From an uncultured Alphaproteobacteria bacterium (lineage in GTDB: Bacteria; Pseudomonadota; Alphaproteobacteria; HIMB59; GCA-002718135): 64,000 nt of DNA. How positions within the stretch are numbered: position 1 is the stretch's first letter; each line of letters opens with the position of its first letter. The position numbers and the translations under genes were made by a program. A model generated the notes under the pieces. The model had not been told where the DNA came from. It ran no database searches and worked only from the letters and a program-made list of their open reading frames with translations. The DNA lies in contig CACEMP010000004.1 in assembly GCA_902560675.1 (NCBI GenBank), forward strand, positions 2,678 through 66,677, given 5' to 3'. Of this stretch, positions 24,651 to 33,766 are shown piece by piece.

Positions 24651-25541
24651 CTAAAAATGTTTTTTTAATTTTAATTTTTCTCTAACTTGTTCTGGATTAA
24701 GTATAGATGATCCTAAGTCTTCAACAATGCATCTAGCTTTTTCAACAAGTTGAGCATTAGAAGCAAAAACACCTTTTTTAAGATAAAGATTGTCTTCTAG
24801 TCCTACTCTTACATTTCCGCCTAAAATCACTGCCTGTGCTGCCATTGGCATTTGTGTTCTTCCAATACCAAATCCAGCCCAGAAACCTTCTTTAGGAACC
24901 ATTTCTGCCATTGCTTTCATTGCGGTTGTTGTAGCAGGTGATCCCCAGGGGATACCAAGGCATATTTGATATAAAGGTGGCCCATCAATTAAACCTTCTT
25001 TATAAAGTTGATTTGCAAACCATAAGTGACCCATTTCAAAAGCTTCCATTTCTGGTTTAACCCCAAGTTCTTGCATTTTTTTTGCTGCAGATCGAAGTTG
25101 CATTGGAGTATGAACGAAAGTCATATTTGAATCACCAAAGTTGAGTGTTCCACAATCTAAAGTACACATTTCAGGGAGCAATTCTTCTACATGCTCCAAC
25201 CTACTTAAAGCGTCAATCATATCTGTATTTGGACCGACAGGATTAAGAGGATCTTTTTCTGTTCCAACTTCAAAATCTCCACCCATTCCTGTAGTAAAGT
25301 TTAGAACTACATCTGTATCTGAAGATCTTATTCGATCTGCAACTTCTTTATAATATTCCAATTTTCTTGATGGTTTTCCATCTGGCTCTCTTACATGAAT
25401 GTGAGCTATTGCAGCCCCCGCCTTTGCTGCTTCAATAGAAGCATCTGCTATTTGTTTTGGTGTTATAGGTAATTCTGGGTGTTTATTCGCTGTATCTCCA
25501 GAGCCAGTAACAGCACAAGAAATTATTACTTCATTATTCAT
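24651..25541 (-). CDS. BKACE-family enzyme (3-keto-5-aminohexanoate cleavage enzyme family, DUF849), probable dehydrocarnitine cleavage enzyme
   Basis: 296 aa with an N-terminal [12 protein letters not shown]...[26 protein letters not shown] typical of the BKACE TIM barrel. It has a 1-nt gap to the carnitine-dehydrogenase-like gene. Confidence 0.75.
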   Translation of the reverse strand: MNNEVIISCAVTGSGDTANKHPELPITPKQIADASIEAAKAGAAIAHIHVREPDGKPSRKLEYYKEVADRIRSSDTDVVLNFTTGMGGDFEVGTEKDPLNPVGPNTDMIDALSRLEHVEELLPEMCTLDCGTLNFGDSNMTFVHTPMQLRSAAKKMQELGVKPEMEAFEMGHLWFANQLYKEGLIDGPPLYQICLGIPWGSPATTTAMKAMAEMVPKEGFWAGFGIGRTQMPMAAQAVILGGNVRVGLEDNLYLKKGVFASNAQLVEKARCIVEDLGSSILNPEQVREKLKLKKHF

Positions 25542-25583
25542 TTTTTTAATCTACTAGTATATTTATAATTATAAAAGAAAATT

Positions 25584-26051
25584 ATGAAAATATACTTAAA
25601 TTCTGGAAAAGTTAAAAAAGAATGGACTGATTATAATGGTCACATGAATCTTGCTTTTTATATTCATTTATTTGATGCAGGTTGGGAAGTGTTACTTCAA
25701 AAATTTAATATGGGAGAAGATTCAGCAAAAATAGAAAAGAAAACTACCTTTGCAGTTGAGTCTCATACAACTTATGACAAAGAAGTTAAAGAAGGAGATG
25801 AAGTAGATATAAACTTATTATTTTTAGATAGAGATAAAAAAAGATTAATCTACAAGTTGGAGATGACCCATAAAGAGGAAGGTTATAGAGCTGCAACAAC
25901 AGAAGTATGCTCATTATATGTAGATCTAAATATTAGGAAAGTAGCAGAAATAGAAAAAGAAAAGCAAAGCAGAATAGATAATTTTATTGAAAATAAAAAA
26001 AGTAGTTTTAATCCAGGTAATTTATCCTTAATTCATAAATTAAAAAAATAA
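25584..26051 (+). CDS. 4HBT/YbgC-type hotdog acyl-CoA thioesterase (candidate betainyl-CoA thioesterase)
   Basis: 155 aa with the N-terminal catalytic region EWTDYNGHMNLAFY. It is divergent from the BKACE operon, separated by a 42-nt intergenic region. Confidence 0.65.
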   Translation: MKIYLNSGKVKKEWTDYNGHMNLAFYIHLFDAGWEVLLQKFNMGEDSAKIEKKTTFAVESHTTYDKEVKEGDEVDINLLFLDRDKKRLIYKLEMTHKEEGYRAATTEVCSLYVDLNIRKVAEIEKEKQSRIDNFIENKKSSFNPGNLSLIHKLKK

Positions 26052-26615
26052 TTATAAATTTCTATAGGGAGTTCTATTAAAAATTCTTTGAACCATTGGA
26101 ACAAATTCTTTTAACGGTATTGTATCGTAGTTCGGATCAAAAGATGCTTGATCCCATCTTTCACAAAAATTGATTGTATCTTGAAAGTGTTCATGACCTT
26201 TGAATTTATCTCTAAGATTTCTATCTTTACCATAATGATGATTATAGTAATAAGCTTGAAATAAACCGTGTTGCTCGACTATCCATCTTGTTTTTTCAGA
26301 GACAAACGGTTTTAAAACTGCTGCTGCAAGTTCAGAATGATTAAGAGGCGCTATCTCATCTCCAATATCATGCAATAAAGATGCAACTATCATTTCTTCA
26401 GAAGCTTCCTCTCGTAAAGCTCTAGATGCAGTTTGAAGTGAATGTTCTAATCTTGAAACTTGATAACCACCAAGAGATTTATCTAGGCCTTCTAAAACTC
26501 TTACTATCCTATCCGCAGTACCTTCTATGAATTTATCCTCAAAATTAGCCAAAAGTTCATAGTCTTCTTTATCGCCATGTTTCATTTCAGTGAATTTTAC
26601 TTCATCTTTAGTCAT
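26052..26615 (-). CDS. HD-domain protein of the PhnZ/TmpB-like (mixed-valent diiron oxygenase) type
   Basis: 187 aa. RLEHSLQTA, ASLLHDIGD, NHSE, EQHG and RWDQ supply an H, HD, H, H, D ligand pattern. The first two motifs closely resemble QLEHSLQCA and AALLHDLGH as I recall them from PhnZ. Confidence 0.5.
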   Translation of the reverse strand: MTKDEVKFTEMKHGDKEDYELLANFEDKFIEGTADRIVRVLEGLDKSLGGYQVSRLEHSLQTASRALREEASEEMIVASLLHDIGDEIAPLNHSELAAAVLKPFVSEKTRWIVEQHGLFQAYYYNHHYGKDRNLRDKFKGHEHFQDTINFCERWDQASFDPNYDTIPLKEFVPMVQRIFNRTPYRNL

Positions 26616-26643
26616 GTTCTAATTATACATATTTTCAATTAAT

Positions 26644-27627
26644 ATGAAACTAATTCCTGAATGGTATGATCACCAATATTGTCTTATTGCTTGGCCATGC
26701 AATAAAGACCTGTATGGTAAAATAATTAATAAAGCGAGAGATGAAGTTGCTAATGTTATTAACGAAATTGCAAAAACTGAACATGTAATTGTCTTATCAA
26801 ACAAAGAAAACATAAACGAAATTCAAAATAAAACTGATCATAAAAATATAGATATTGTAGAATGTAAATTAGATGATTCTTGGATGCGAGATATAGCACC
26901 AATTTTTTATAATGAAGATCAAAAATTAAAATCAATCAGTTTTGAATTTAATGGTTATGGAAAGTATCCAGATTATTTTAATGATAATAAAATATCAAAA
27001 TTTATTTCAAACTATTTAAATATTCCAACAAAAACATCCGAACTTGTTATTGAGGGAGGGGCAATCACCTATGATGACAAAAAAAATTTATTTAGTACCA
27101 AAAATGTAATATTTAATAAAAATAGAAAACAAAAACATAGTAATGAATATATAATTGAAGAATTAAAATTCTTGTTTGACTTAAATCATATTTTTTTGTT
27201 TGAAAATGGACTAAAGGATGACGATACTGATGGGCATGTAGATAATTTATTATGCCCTATTGGAAAAAATAAATATTTAATAGCTACAACTGACAAATTA
27301 GATCCTAATTATGAAATATTAAAAAAAAACAAAACTGATCTTATTAATTTTTTTAGAAATTCTAATCAGATATTTGATTTAATTGAAATTCCTTTGCCTG
27401 CAAGAAAGACGATTAATAATAAAAATATTATTAGTTCATATATAAATTTTTATTTCAGTAAAAATAAAATTATTCTACCTAAATTTAATGTTGACGAAGA
27501 CAAAGAGGTAAAAATTATTTTTGAAGAATTATTCCCAAATCGAGAAATTATTATGTTGCAAACTGAAAATATTAATTATGGTGGAGGAAATATTCATTGT
27601 ATAACGATGAATGTTCCAAAAGTATGA
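26644..27627 (+). CDS. aguA: Agmatine deiminase
   Basis: 327 aa with DSWMRDIAP, EGGAI, DTDGHVDN, SYINFY and the C-terminal GGGNIHCITMNVP. Confidence 0.85.
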   Translation: MKLIPEWYDHQYCLIAWPCNKDLYGKIINKARDEVANVINEIAKTEHVIVLSNKENINEIQNKTDHKNIDIVECKLDDSWMRDIAPIFYNEDQKLKSISFEFNGYGKYPDYFNDNKISKFISNYLNIPTKTSELVIEGGAITYDDKKNLFSTKNVIFNKNRKQKHSNEYIIEELKFLFDLNHIFLFENGLKDDDTDGHVDNLLCPIGKNKYLIATTDKLDPNYEILKKNKTDLINFFRNSNQIFDLIEIPLPARKTINNKNIISSYINFYFSKNKIILPKFNVDEDKEVKIIFEELFPNREIIMLQTENINYGGGNIHCITMNVPKV

Positions 27628-28481
27628 AAGTAAAAGTAGCAACATCACAATTTAGAGCTGTTAAGGGAGATTTTGATGCTAACTTAAATAAAGCAATTAG
27701 TTTAGTTGAAAAAGCTTCTAAAGAAAATGTTGATATTTTACTTCTGCAAGAATTATTTCAAGGTTATTATTTTTGTTCAACAAAAAATGATAAATTTTTC
27801 AACTTTGCAATTGATTATCCTTCTAATCCAATGTTTGAAAAATTATCTAACATCTGTAAAGAAAAAAAAATTTCATTACCAATTAGTTTTTTTCAAAAGA
27901 AAGAAAATAAGTATTTCAATTCTTTAGTTATGATTGACTCTTTTGGTAAAATAAGTGACGTATATAATAAATCACATATCCCTGAAGGACCTGGATATAA
28001 TGAGAAATATTATTTTGAAAAAGGTAATACGGGCTTTATGGTTTTTGATACACCAAAAGCAAAAGTTGGCTGTGCAATTTGTTGGGATCAGTGGTTCCCT
28101 GAATGTGCAAGAATATTAACATTGAAGGGTGCAGATATAATTTTATATCCATCGGCAATTGGTTCTGAACCACACATCCCTGAATTAGATTCAAAGGATC
28201 ATTGGATTAATACAATGATTGGACATGCTGCTGCAAATCAAATTCCCATAATAGCTTCAAATAGAATAGGGAAGGAGACCGAAGCTAATATTGAATTAAA
28301 TTTTTATGGTAATTCATTTATTTTGGATCATCTTGGAAATGTAATAAATCAGATGAATGACAAGGATGAGGGCATAATAACTGCGACTTTAGATTTGTTA
28401 ATTTCAAGAGAATATAGAAAATCATGGGGTAACTTTAGAGATAGAAGGCCTGATCTATATAAAAAAATTCTCGATTTTTAA
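27624..28481 (+). CDS. aguB: N-carbamoylputrescine amidase (CN-hydrolase/nitrilase superfamily)
   Basis: I place the start at MKVKVATSQF (ATGA overlap with the aguA stop) rather than at the track's 27597. The CN-hydrolase catalytic triad context is LLQELF, NKSHIP and CAICWDQWFPE. Confidence 0.85.
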   Translation: MKVKVATSQFRAVKGDFDANLNKAISLVEKASKENVDILLLQELFQGYYFCSTKNDKFFNFAIDYPSNPMFEKLSNICKEKKISLPISFFQKKENKYFNSLVMIDSFGKISDVYNKSHIPEGPGYNEKYYFEKGNTGFMVFDTPKAKVGCAICWDQWFPECARILTLKGADIILYPSAIGSEPHIPELDSKDHWINTMIGHAAANQIPIIASNRIGKETEANIELNFYGNSFILDHLGNVINQMNDKDEGIITATLDLLISREYRKSWGNFRDRRPDLYKKILDF

Positions 28482-28521
28482 TTTATTTTATTTAATGTAT
28501 TTTATATTTAGGAGGGGAATA

Positions 28522-29568
28522 ATGCTTAAGTATTTTATATCTCTATTAGTTTTAATTTCTTTTTCGGCTCAGGCTAAAGAAGAATTATTTATTTACAATT
28601 GGTCTGACTATATTGCTGAAGATACAATTGAAAATTTTGAAAATGAATTTGGCATTGATGTAACTTATGATGTTTTCGATTCAAATGAAGTTCTTGAAGC
28701 TAAACTTTTAGCAGGCGGTTCCGGCTATGATATTGTTGTGCCTTCAGGTTCTTTCTTAGAAAACCAAATCAAGGCTGGTGTTTTTCAAAAACTTGACAAA
28801 TCAGAATTATCAAATCTAGGAAACCTAGATCCTGAAGTTCTATCTAAGATAGATGCACATGATCCAGGAGGTCAATATTCAGTAAACTATATGTATGGTA
28901 CCACTGGTATTGGTTATAATACTGATAAGGTTGATGAAGATGAAGTTACTAGTTGGAGTGTTTTATTTGATCCAGCTATAGCGTCCAAATATGAAGATTG
29001 CGGTATAGCAATGTTAGATGCACCATCTGAAGTAATGGAAATAGCCCTAAAATATGTAGGTAAAGATCCTAATACTGAAGATGAGAATGATTATAAGGCA
29101 GCTCTTTCAATGTTAGAGGAAATTAGACCTTTCATTAGGTACTTTGATTCCTCTCAATACATTGATGATCTTGCTAATGGTGAAATTTGTCTAGCTATGG
29201 GATGGTCAGGTGATGTTTTTATTGCTGCTTACGAAGAAATAGAACCAGTTTGGTATTCTATTCCTTCAGAGGGAACTGTAATTTGGTTTGATATGATGGC
29301 AATTCCAACTGACGCAAAAAATGTTTTAAACGCTCATAAGTTTATAAATTATATTTTGAGACCTGAAGTTGCTGCAGATATCACTAACTATGTTTGGTAT
29401 TCTAATCCAAACAAAGCAGCAAATGAGCTAGTTGATCCAGAAATTTTAGGAGATCCAGCTATTTATCCAGATGAAGCAACTTTAAGTATGCTTTTTGCTG
29501 ATACCGCTGACTCGCCTAAAAAAGCACAATTATCAACTAAATATTTTAATAAATTTAAATCAAATTAA
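28522..29568 (+). CDS. potF: Polyamine (putrescine/spermidine) ABC transporter substrate-binding protein
   Basis: I chose the start at MLKYFISLLVLISFSAQA (signal peptide), preceded by AGGAGGGG. The PotD/PotF pattern is IYNWSDYI...MYGTTGIGYN. The SBP-ATPase-permease-permease order matches potFGHI. Confidence 0.8.
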   Translation: MLKYFISLLVLISFSAQAKEELFIYNWSDYIAEDTIENFENEFGIDVTYDVFDSNEVLEAKLLAGGSGYDIVVPSGSFLENQIKAGVFQKLDKSELSNLGNLDPEVLSKIDAHDPGGQYSVNYMYGTTGIGYNTDKVDEDEVTSWSVLFDPAIASKYEDCGIAMLDAPSEVMEIALKYVGKDPNTEDENDYKAALSMLEEIRPFIRYFDSSQYIDDLANGEICLAMGWSGDVFIAAYEEIEPVWYSIPSEGTVIWFDMMAIPTDAKNVLNAHKFINYILRPEVAADITNYVWYSNPNKAANELVDPEILGDPAIYPDEATLSMLFADTADSPKKAQLSTKYFNKFKSN

Positions 29569-29584
29569 AAAATATACTTCAATT

Positions 29585-29616
29585 CAGCACTAATATATTA
29601 ATATTAGTGCTGTTTT
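29585..29616 (+). terminator. Intra-operon rho-independent terminator/attenuator between the SBP and ATPase genes
   Basis: A perfect 12-bp stem CAGCACTAATAT / ATATTAGTGCTG with an ATTA loop is followed by TTTT. It ends 4 nt before the potG-like start. Confidence 0.7.
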
Positions 29617-29619
29617 AAG

Positions 29620-30687
29620 ATGGATAAAAATTTTCTTGTAATTGAAAATATTTCTAAAACATTTGGAGAAAACAAAGTTTTAGAAAATATTAATTTAGAA
29701 ATTTCAAAGTCTGAATTTTTTGGTCTCTTGGGATCTTCAGGCTCAGGTAAGACTACCTTATTAAGAATATTAGGTGGCTTTGAGAAACCAGATACGGGAC
29801 GAGTAATTCTAGATGGAGTCGATATAACAAATCTCGAACCTTTTGATAGACCATTGAATTACATGTTTCAGTCATACGCTTTATTTCCTCACTTAAATGT
29901 ATTTAATAATTTAGCTTTTGGAATAAAAGAAAATTCCTCTCAAAAAGAAATTGAAAGAAATGTAAGAGATATTGCTAATCTTTTATCGATTGAAAATTTA
30001 TTAAATAGAAGAATTAAGCAACTTTCAGGTGGAGAGCAACAAAGAGTTGCTCTTGGAAGGTGCTTAATAAAAAAACCTAAATTATTATTATTAGATGAAC
30101 CTCTTGCAGCACTAGATAAAAAACTAAGATCAAAAACACAATTAGAGTTAACAACACTCCAAAAGAAACTGCAGATAACATTTGTTTTTGTTACACATGA
30201 CCAAGAAGAGGCAATGTCATTGTCTGATAGGATGGCAATTATGAAGAATGGTATTATTTTAGAATGTTCAAGTCCTGAAGAAATTTATGAAAATCCTAAA
30301 AGTCTTTATACTGCTAATTTTATAGGAATTGCTAATATAATTGAAATTTATAAGAAAGGTGAAAATATTTATTCTGATGATTTAGGTATAAATTTTAAAT
30401 TAAATAAAGAATTTAAAAATATAAAAACTAATATTTTGCTTAGACCAGAGAAAATAAAAATACAATCAATAAATAATTCTAAGATAAGTTCATTAAATTC
30501 CTTCAATGGAGAAATTTTAGAAAAATCATATTTAGGAAGTTTTACACGTTATGAAATCAAAATTAAGAATAAGATTATTTCAGTTTTAGATCAGAATTCT
30601 CACTCCAACTCAAATTATAATTTTTTAAAAGGTGAAAAAGTCATTTGCAGTTGGGAAAGTGAATCAATCAAAGTTTTAGAGGATTAA
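29620..30687 (+). CDS. potG: Polyamine ABC transporter ATP-binding protein
   Basis: 355 aa with Walker A GSSGSGKTT, signature LSGGEQQR, Walker B LLLLDEP and a C-terminal TOBE-like region. Confidence 0.85.
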   Translation: MDKNFLVIENISKTFGENKVLENINLEISKSEFFGLLGSSGSGKTTLLRILGGFEKPDTGRVILDGVDITNLEPFDRPLNYMFQSYALFPHLNVFNNLAFGIKENSSQKEIERNVRDIANLLSIENLLNRRIKQLSGGEQQRVALGRCLIKKPKLLLLDEPLAALDKKLRSKTQLELTTLQKKLQITFVFVTHDQEEAMSLSDRMAIMKNGIILECSSPEEIYENPKSLYTANFIGIANIIEIYKKGENIYSDDLGINFKLNKEFKNIKTNILLRPEKIKIQSINNSKISSLNSFNGEILEKSYLGSFTRYEIKIKNKIISVLDQNSHSNSNYNFLKGEKVICSWESESIKVLED

Positions 30688-31575
30688 TTGAACAATAAAT
30701 TATTTGAAAAATATTTTGTATTCAGTCCATATTTCTGGCTTGTTTTATTTTTTTTTATTCCATTGGCAATAATCTTTAAAATATCAATATCGGTATCTGA
30801 ATGGGGTATGCCTCCTTATCAAGATATTTTTCTTTTTGATAATGGATTAAACATCAATACTACATTTGAAAACTATGTTTATATATTTAGTGATTATTAT
30901 TACATTAGATCTTTTGTAAACTCTTTAATTTTAGCTCTAATATCTACTTTTTTTTGCCTGCTCATTGGTTTTCCATTAGCTTTTTATATTGCAACTTCAA
31001 ATATTAGATTAAGAAATATCTTATTAGTTTTAGTAGTTATTCCTTTCTGGTCATCATTTTTATTAAGAGTATATGCATGGAAAATAATTTTACAGAATAA
31101 TGGAATTTTAAATTTAATACTTTTAAATCTTGGGATAACATCAGAACCACTTCAATTACTATACAATCAATATGCAGTTATTATGGGGATTGTATATACC
31201 TATTTACCTTTGATGATTTTACCACTTTACGGATACTTAAATAAGTTTGATTTGAATTTAATTGATGCATCAAAAGATTTAGGACTAAATCGTTTTAAAA
31301 CCTTTTTTAAAGTTATACTTCCTTTGTCTGTTCCAGGAATTGTTGCTGGATCTTTATTAGTTTTTATTCCAGTTGTTGGAGAATTTATTATACCTGAAAT
31401 GTTAGGAGGCAGTGATAGATTGTATTATGGAAAAATTTTGTGGGAGGAATTCTTTGTTAATAGAAATTGGCCAGGCGCTAGTGCTTTAGCTTTTACTGGA
31501 ATTATTATTTTAGTTTTACCAATTGTAATTTTTCAAATACTTTATTCTCGTTGGAGTCAAAGAAATGAAATCTAG
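30688..31575 (+). CDS. potH: Polyamine ABC transporter permease
   Basis: 295 aa with a TTG start abutting the upstream stop. It has multiple TM segments and an EAA-loop region IDASKDLGLNRFKTFFKVILP. Confidence 0.8.
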   Translation: MNNKLFEKYFVFSPYFWLVLFFFIPLAIIFKISISVSEWGMPPYQDIFLFDNGLNINTTFENYVYIFSDYYYIRSFVNSLILALISTFFCLLIGFPLAFYIATSNIRLRNILLVLVVIPFWSSFLLRVYAWKIILQNNGILNLILLNLGITSEPLQLLYNQYAVIMGIVYTYLPLMILPLYGYLNKFDLNLIDASKDLGLNRFKTFFKVILPLSVPGIVAGSLLVFIPVVGEFIIPEMLGGSDRLYYGKILWEEFFVNRNWPGASALAFTGIIILVLPIVIFQILYSRWSQRNEI

Positions 31576-32359
31576 CATAATCAAAATCACTGTTATTTTT
31601 TTAGGTTTATTTTTTTTATATTTTCCAATCTTAGTTCTAATTTTTTATTCATTTAATGAAAATAAGAGAGTAATGGTCTGGAAGGGTTTTTCTATAAGAT
31701 GGTACGCTGAATTATTTAAAAATGAACAAATAATAGAAGCGTTTATAATTAGTATGAAAATTGCAGCTTTATCCGCAACTTTGGCTACTATTTTAGGAGT
31801 TATGATAGGTTATTCACTAGTAAGAATAAGGAAGATACCATTTAAATCTTTCTATATTTTTCTTTCTTCAACACCTTTGGTTTTGCCAGAATTAATTTTA
31901 GGCCTATCGATGCTTCTTTTTTTTATAAGTTTAAATAATATAATTGGATTTCCATCATCAAGAGGACAATTAACCATTTTTATATCGCATGTTACTTTTT
32001 GTATTGCTTTTGTCGCAATTATAATTCAAGCAAGATTAACTGACTTCAACAAAAATATTGAAGAAGCTGCTATGGATCTTGGCTATAATTATACAAAGGT
32101 GCTCTATAAAATAACTTTACCGATAATTTTACCTTCTATCATTGCTGGTTGGTTATTAGCTTTTACAATCTCTTTAGATGATCTAGTAGTTGCAAGTTTT
32201 ACTACAGGGCCCGGAGCAAATACACTTCCAATTGTAGTTTTTTCTAAAGTAAGATTAGGATTGAGTCCTGAAGTAAATGCGTTATCGGCAATTTTAATGT
32301 TTGCTTTAATTATAATTGGTTTATTTTATTTTTATTTTAATAAAAAATTTAAACATTAA
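31565..32359 (+). CDS. potI: Polyamine ABC transporter permease
   Basis: 264 aa with an 11-nt overlap with the upstream permease and an EAA loop EEAAMDLGYNYTKVLYKITLP. Confidence 0.8.
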   Translation: MKSSIIKITVIFLGLFFLYFPILVLIFYSFNENKRVMVWKGFSIRWYAELFKNEQIIEAFIISMKIAALSATLATILGVMIGYSLVRIRKIPFKSFYIFLSSTPLVLPELILGLSMLLFFISLNNIIGFPSSRGQLTIFISHVTFCIAFVAIIIQARLTDFNKNIEEAAMDLGYNYTKVLYKITLPIILPSIIAGWLLAFTISLDDLVVASFTTGPGANTLPIVVFSKVRLGLSPEVNALSAILMFALIIIGLFYFYFNKKFKH

Positions 32360-33716
32360 GTAATAAATATTCACGTTCCCAAGAACTTATTACTGATAGA
32401 TATGCTTGGTACTCTACTCTTCTTATAGCAGCAATTGATCTAACAAATTTTTCATTAAATATAGATTTTATATCTTCGTCATTTTCAAAAAGCATTAATG
32501 ATTCATCCATGTTTTTTGGTAAATTAGAACTTTTATCTTTAAATGCACTATCTTTAGTCTCTGGACTTGGTTTTATATTATTTTTCATTCCTAAATATCC
32601 AGAAGCTAAATTAGCTGCAAAAACTAGATATGGATTAGTATCTGATCCAGGAATTCTATTTTCAATTCGCATATTTTTTTCCTCAATCGATGGAATTCTA
32701 AAACCACAACTTCTATTTCCTATTCCCCACTTTACATTTTTTGGAGTGCCCCAGGTTGCAAATAATCTCCTAAAAGAGTTTATATTTGGGGCGTATATTG
32801 GCATTAATAATGGAGTATATTTTTCTAAACCACCAAGATAATTTTTCATTTTTTTTGAAATTTTTGATGATTTATTAAAAAAAATATTTTTATTTTTTTC
32901 ATTATAGACTGACTGATGAATATGCATTGCACTGCCAGGCTGATTCTCCATAGGTTTTGCCATAAATGTTGCATGAAGTTTATGTTTCAAGGCCGATTGT
33001 CTTAGAGTTCGTTTAAATAAAAATACTTGATCTGCTAGATCTAAAGGATCACCATGCTGGAAATTTATTTCCATTTGAGCTGAACCAGATTCATGATTAA
33101 TTGTATCAATTTCAATATTTTGATCTTCACAATAATTGTATACATCTTCAAAAAGATGATCGAATTCGTTTACAGCATCTATACCTAAGGCTTGTTTCCC
33201 CATTTCTTGCCTACCTGATTGTCCAACTGGCACTTCTAGAGGATAATCTGAGTCAGCATTAGGTTTAACTAAGTAGAATTCTAATTCTGGAGAGACAATT
33301 GGTGTTAATTTTTCTTTTTTATAAAGTTTCAGAATATTTTTTAGAGCATTTCTGCTTGAATTTATAACTTCATCACCATTAAGATTTATTGCGTCACAGA
33401 TAATTTGCGCAGTAGGATCTTCGTACCATGGAACTATTCTCATTGTATCAAAATCTGGTTTTAAAATAACATCAATATCAGTTGGATTATAAACACTTCT
33501 TGGTAACGCACCTGCTGAATCCTCAGTTGCATAATCTCCTGATATAGTTTGAATGAAAGTTGATTGTGGCAATCTATGACTTTCATCCTCTAGGCCTTTC
33601 AGGAATTTATTAGTTGGCAAAATTTTACCTCTTGCAATACCTCCTAGATCTGGAACTAAACATTCAACTTCTGTAATAGAATATTCCTGAAACCAATTTT
33701 GAAATTTTTCAATCAT
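32349..33716 (-). CDS. puuA: Glutamine synthetase-family ligase (gamma-glutamylputrescine / gamma-glutamyl-amine synthetase-like)
   Basis: 455 aa. The GS catalytic-domain pattern is PELEFYL, NHESGSAQMEINF, MAKP..GSAMHIHQS and NRSCGFRIP. It is divergent from a PuuB-like oxidase and adjacent to pot genes. The symbol is tentative, since gmaS-like is an alternative. Confidence 0.65.
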   Translation of the reverse strand: MIEKFQNWFQEYSITEVECLVPDLGGIARGKILPTNKFLKGLEDESHRLPQSTFIQTISGDYATEDSAGALPRSVYNPTDIDVILKPDFDTMRIVPWYEDPTAQIICDAINLNGDEVINSSRNALKNILKLYKKEKLTPIVSPELEFYLVKPNADSDYPLEVPVGQSGRQEMGKQALGIDAVNEFDHLFEDVYNYCEDQNIEIDTINHESGSAQMEINFQHGDPLDLADQVFLFKRTLRQSALKHKLHATFMAKPMENQPGSAMHIHQSVYNEKNKNIFFNKSSKISKKMKNYLGGLEKYTPLLMPIYAPNINSFRRLFATWGTPKNVKWGIGNRSCGFRIPSIEEKNMRIENRIPGSDTNPYLVFAANLASGYLGMKNNIKPSPETKDSAFKDKSSNLPKNMDESLMLFENDEDIKSIFNEKFVRSIAAIRRVEYQAYLSVISSWEREYLLLNV

Positions 33717-33766
33717 ATTGAGACTGTTTGTTTACTAATTATAATTAAACCATTAATGATAAGTAG

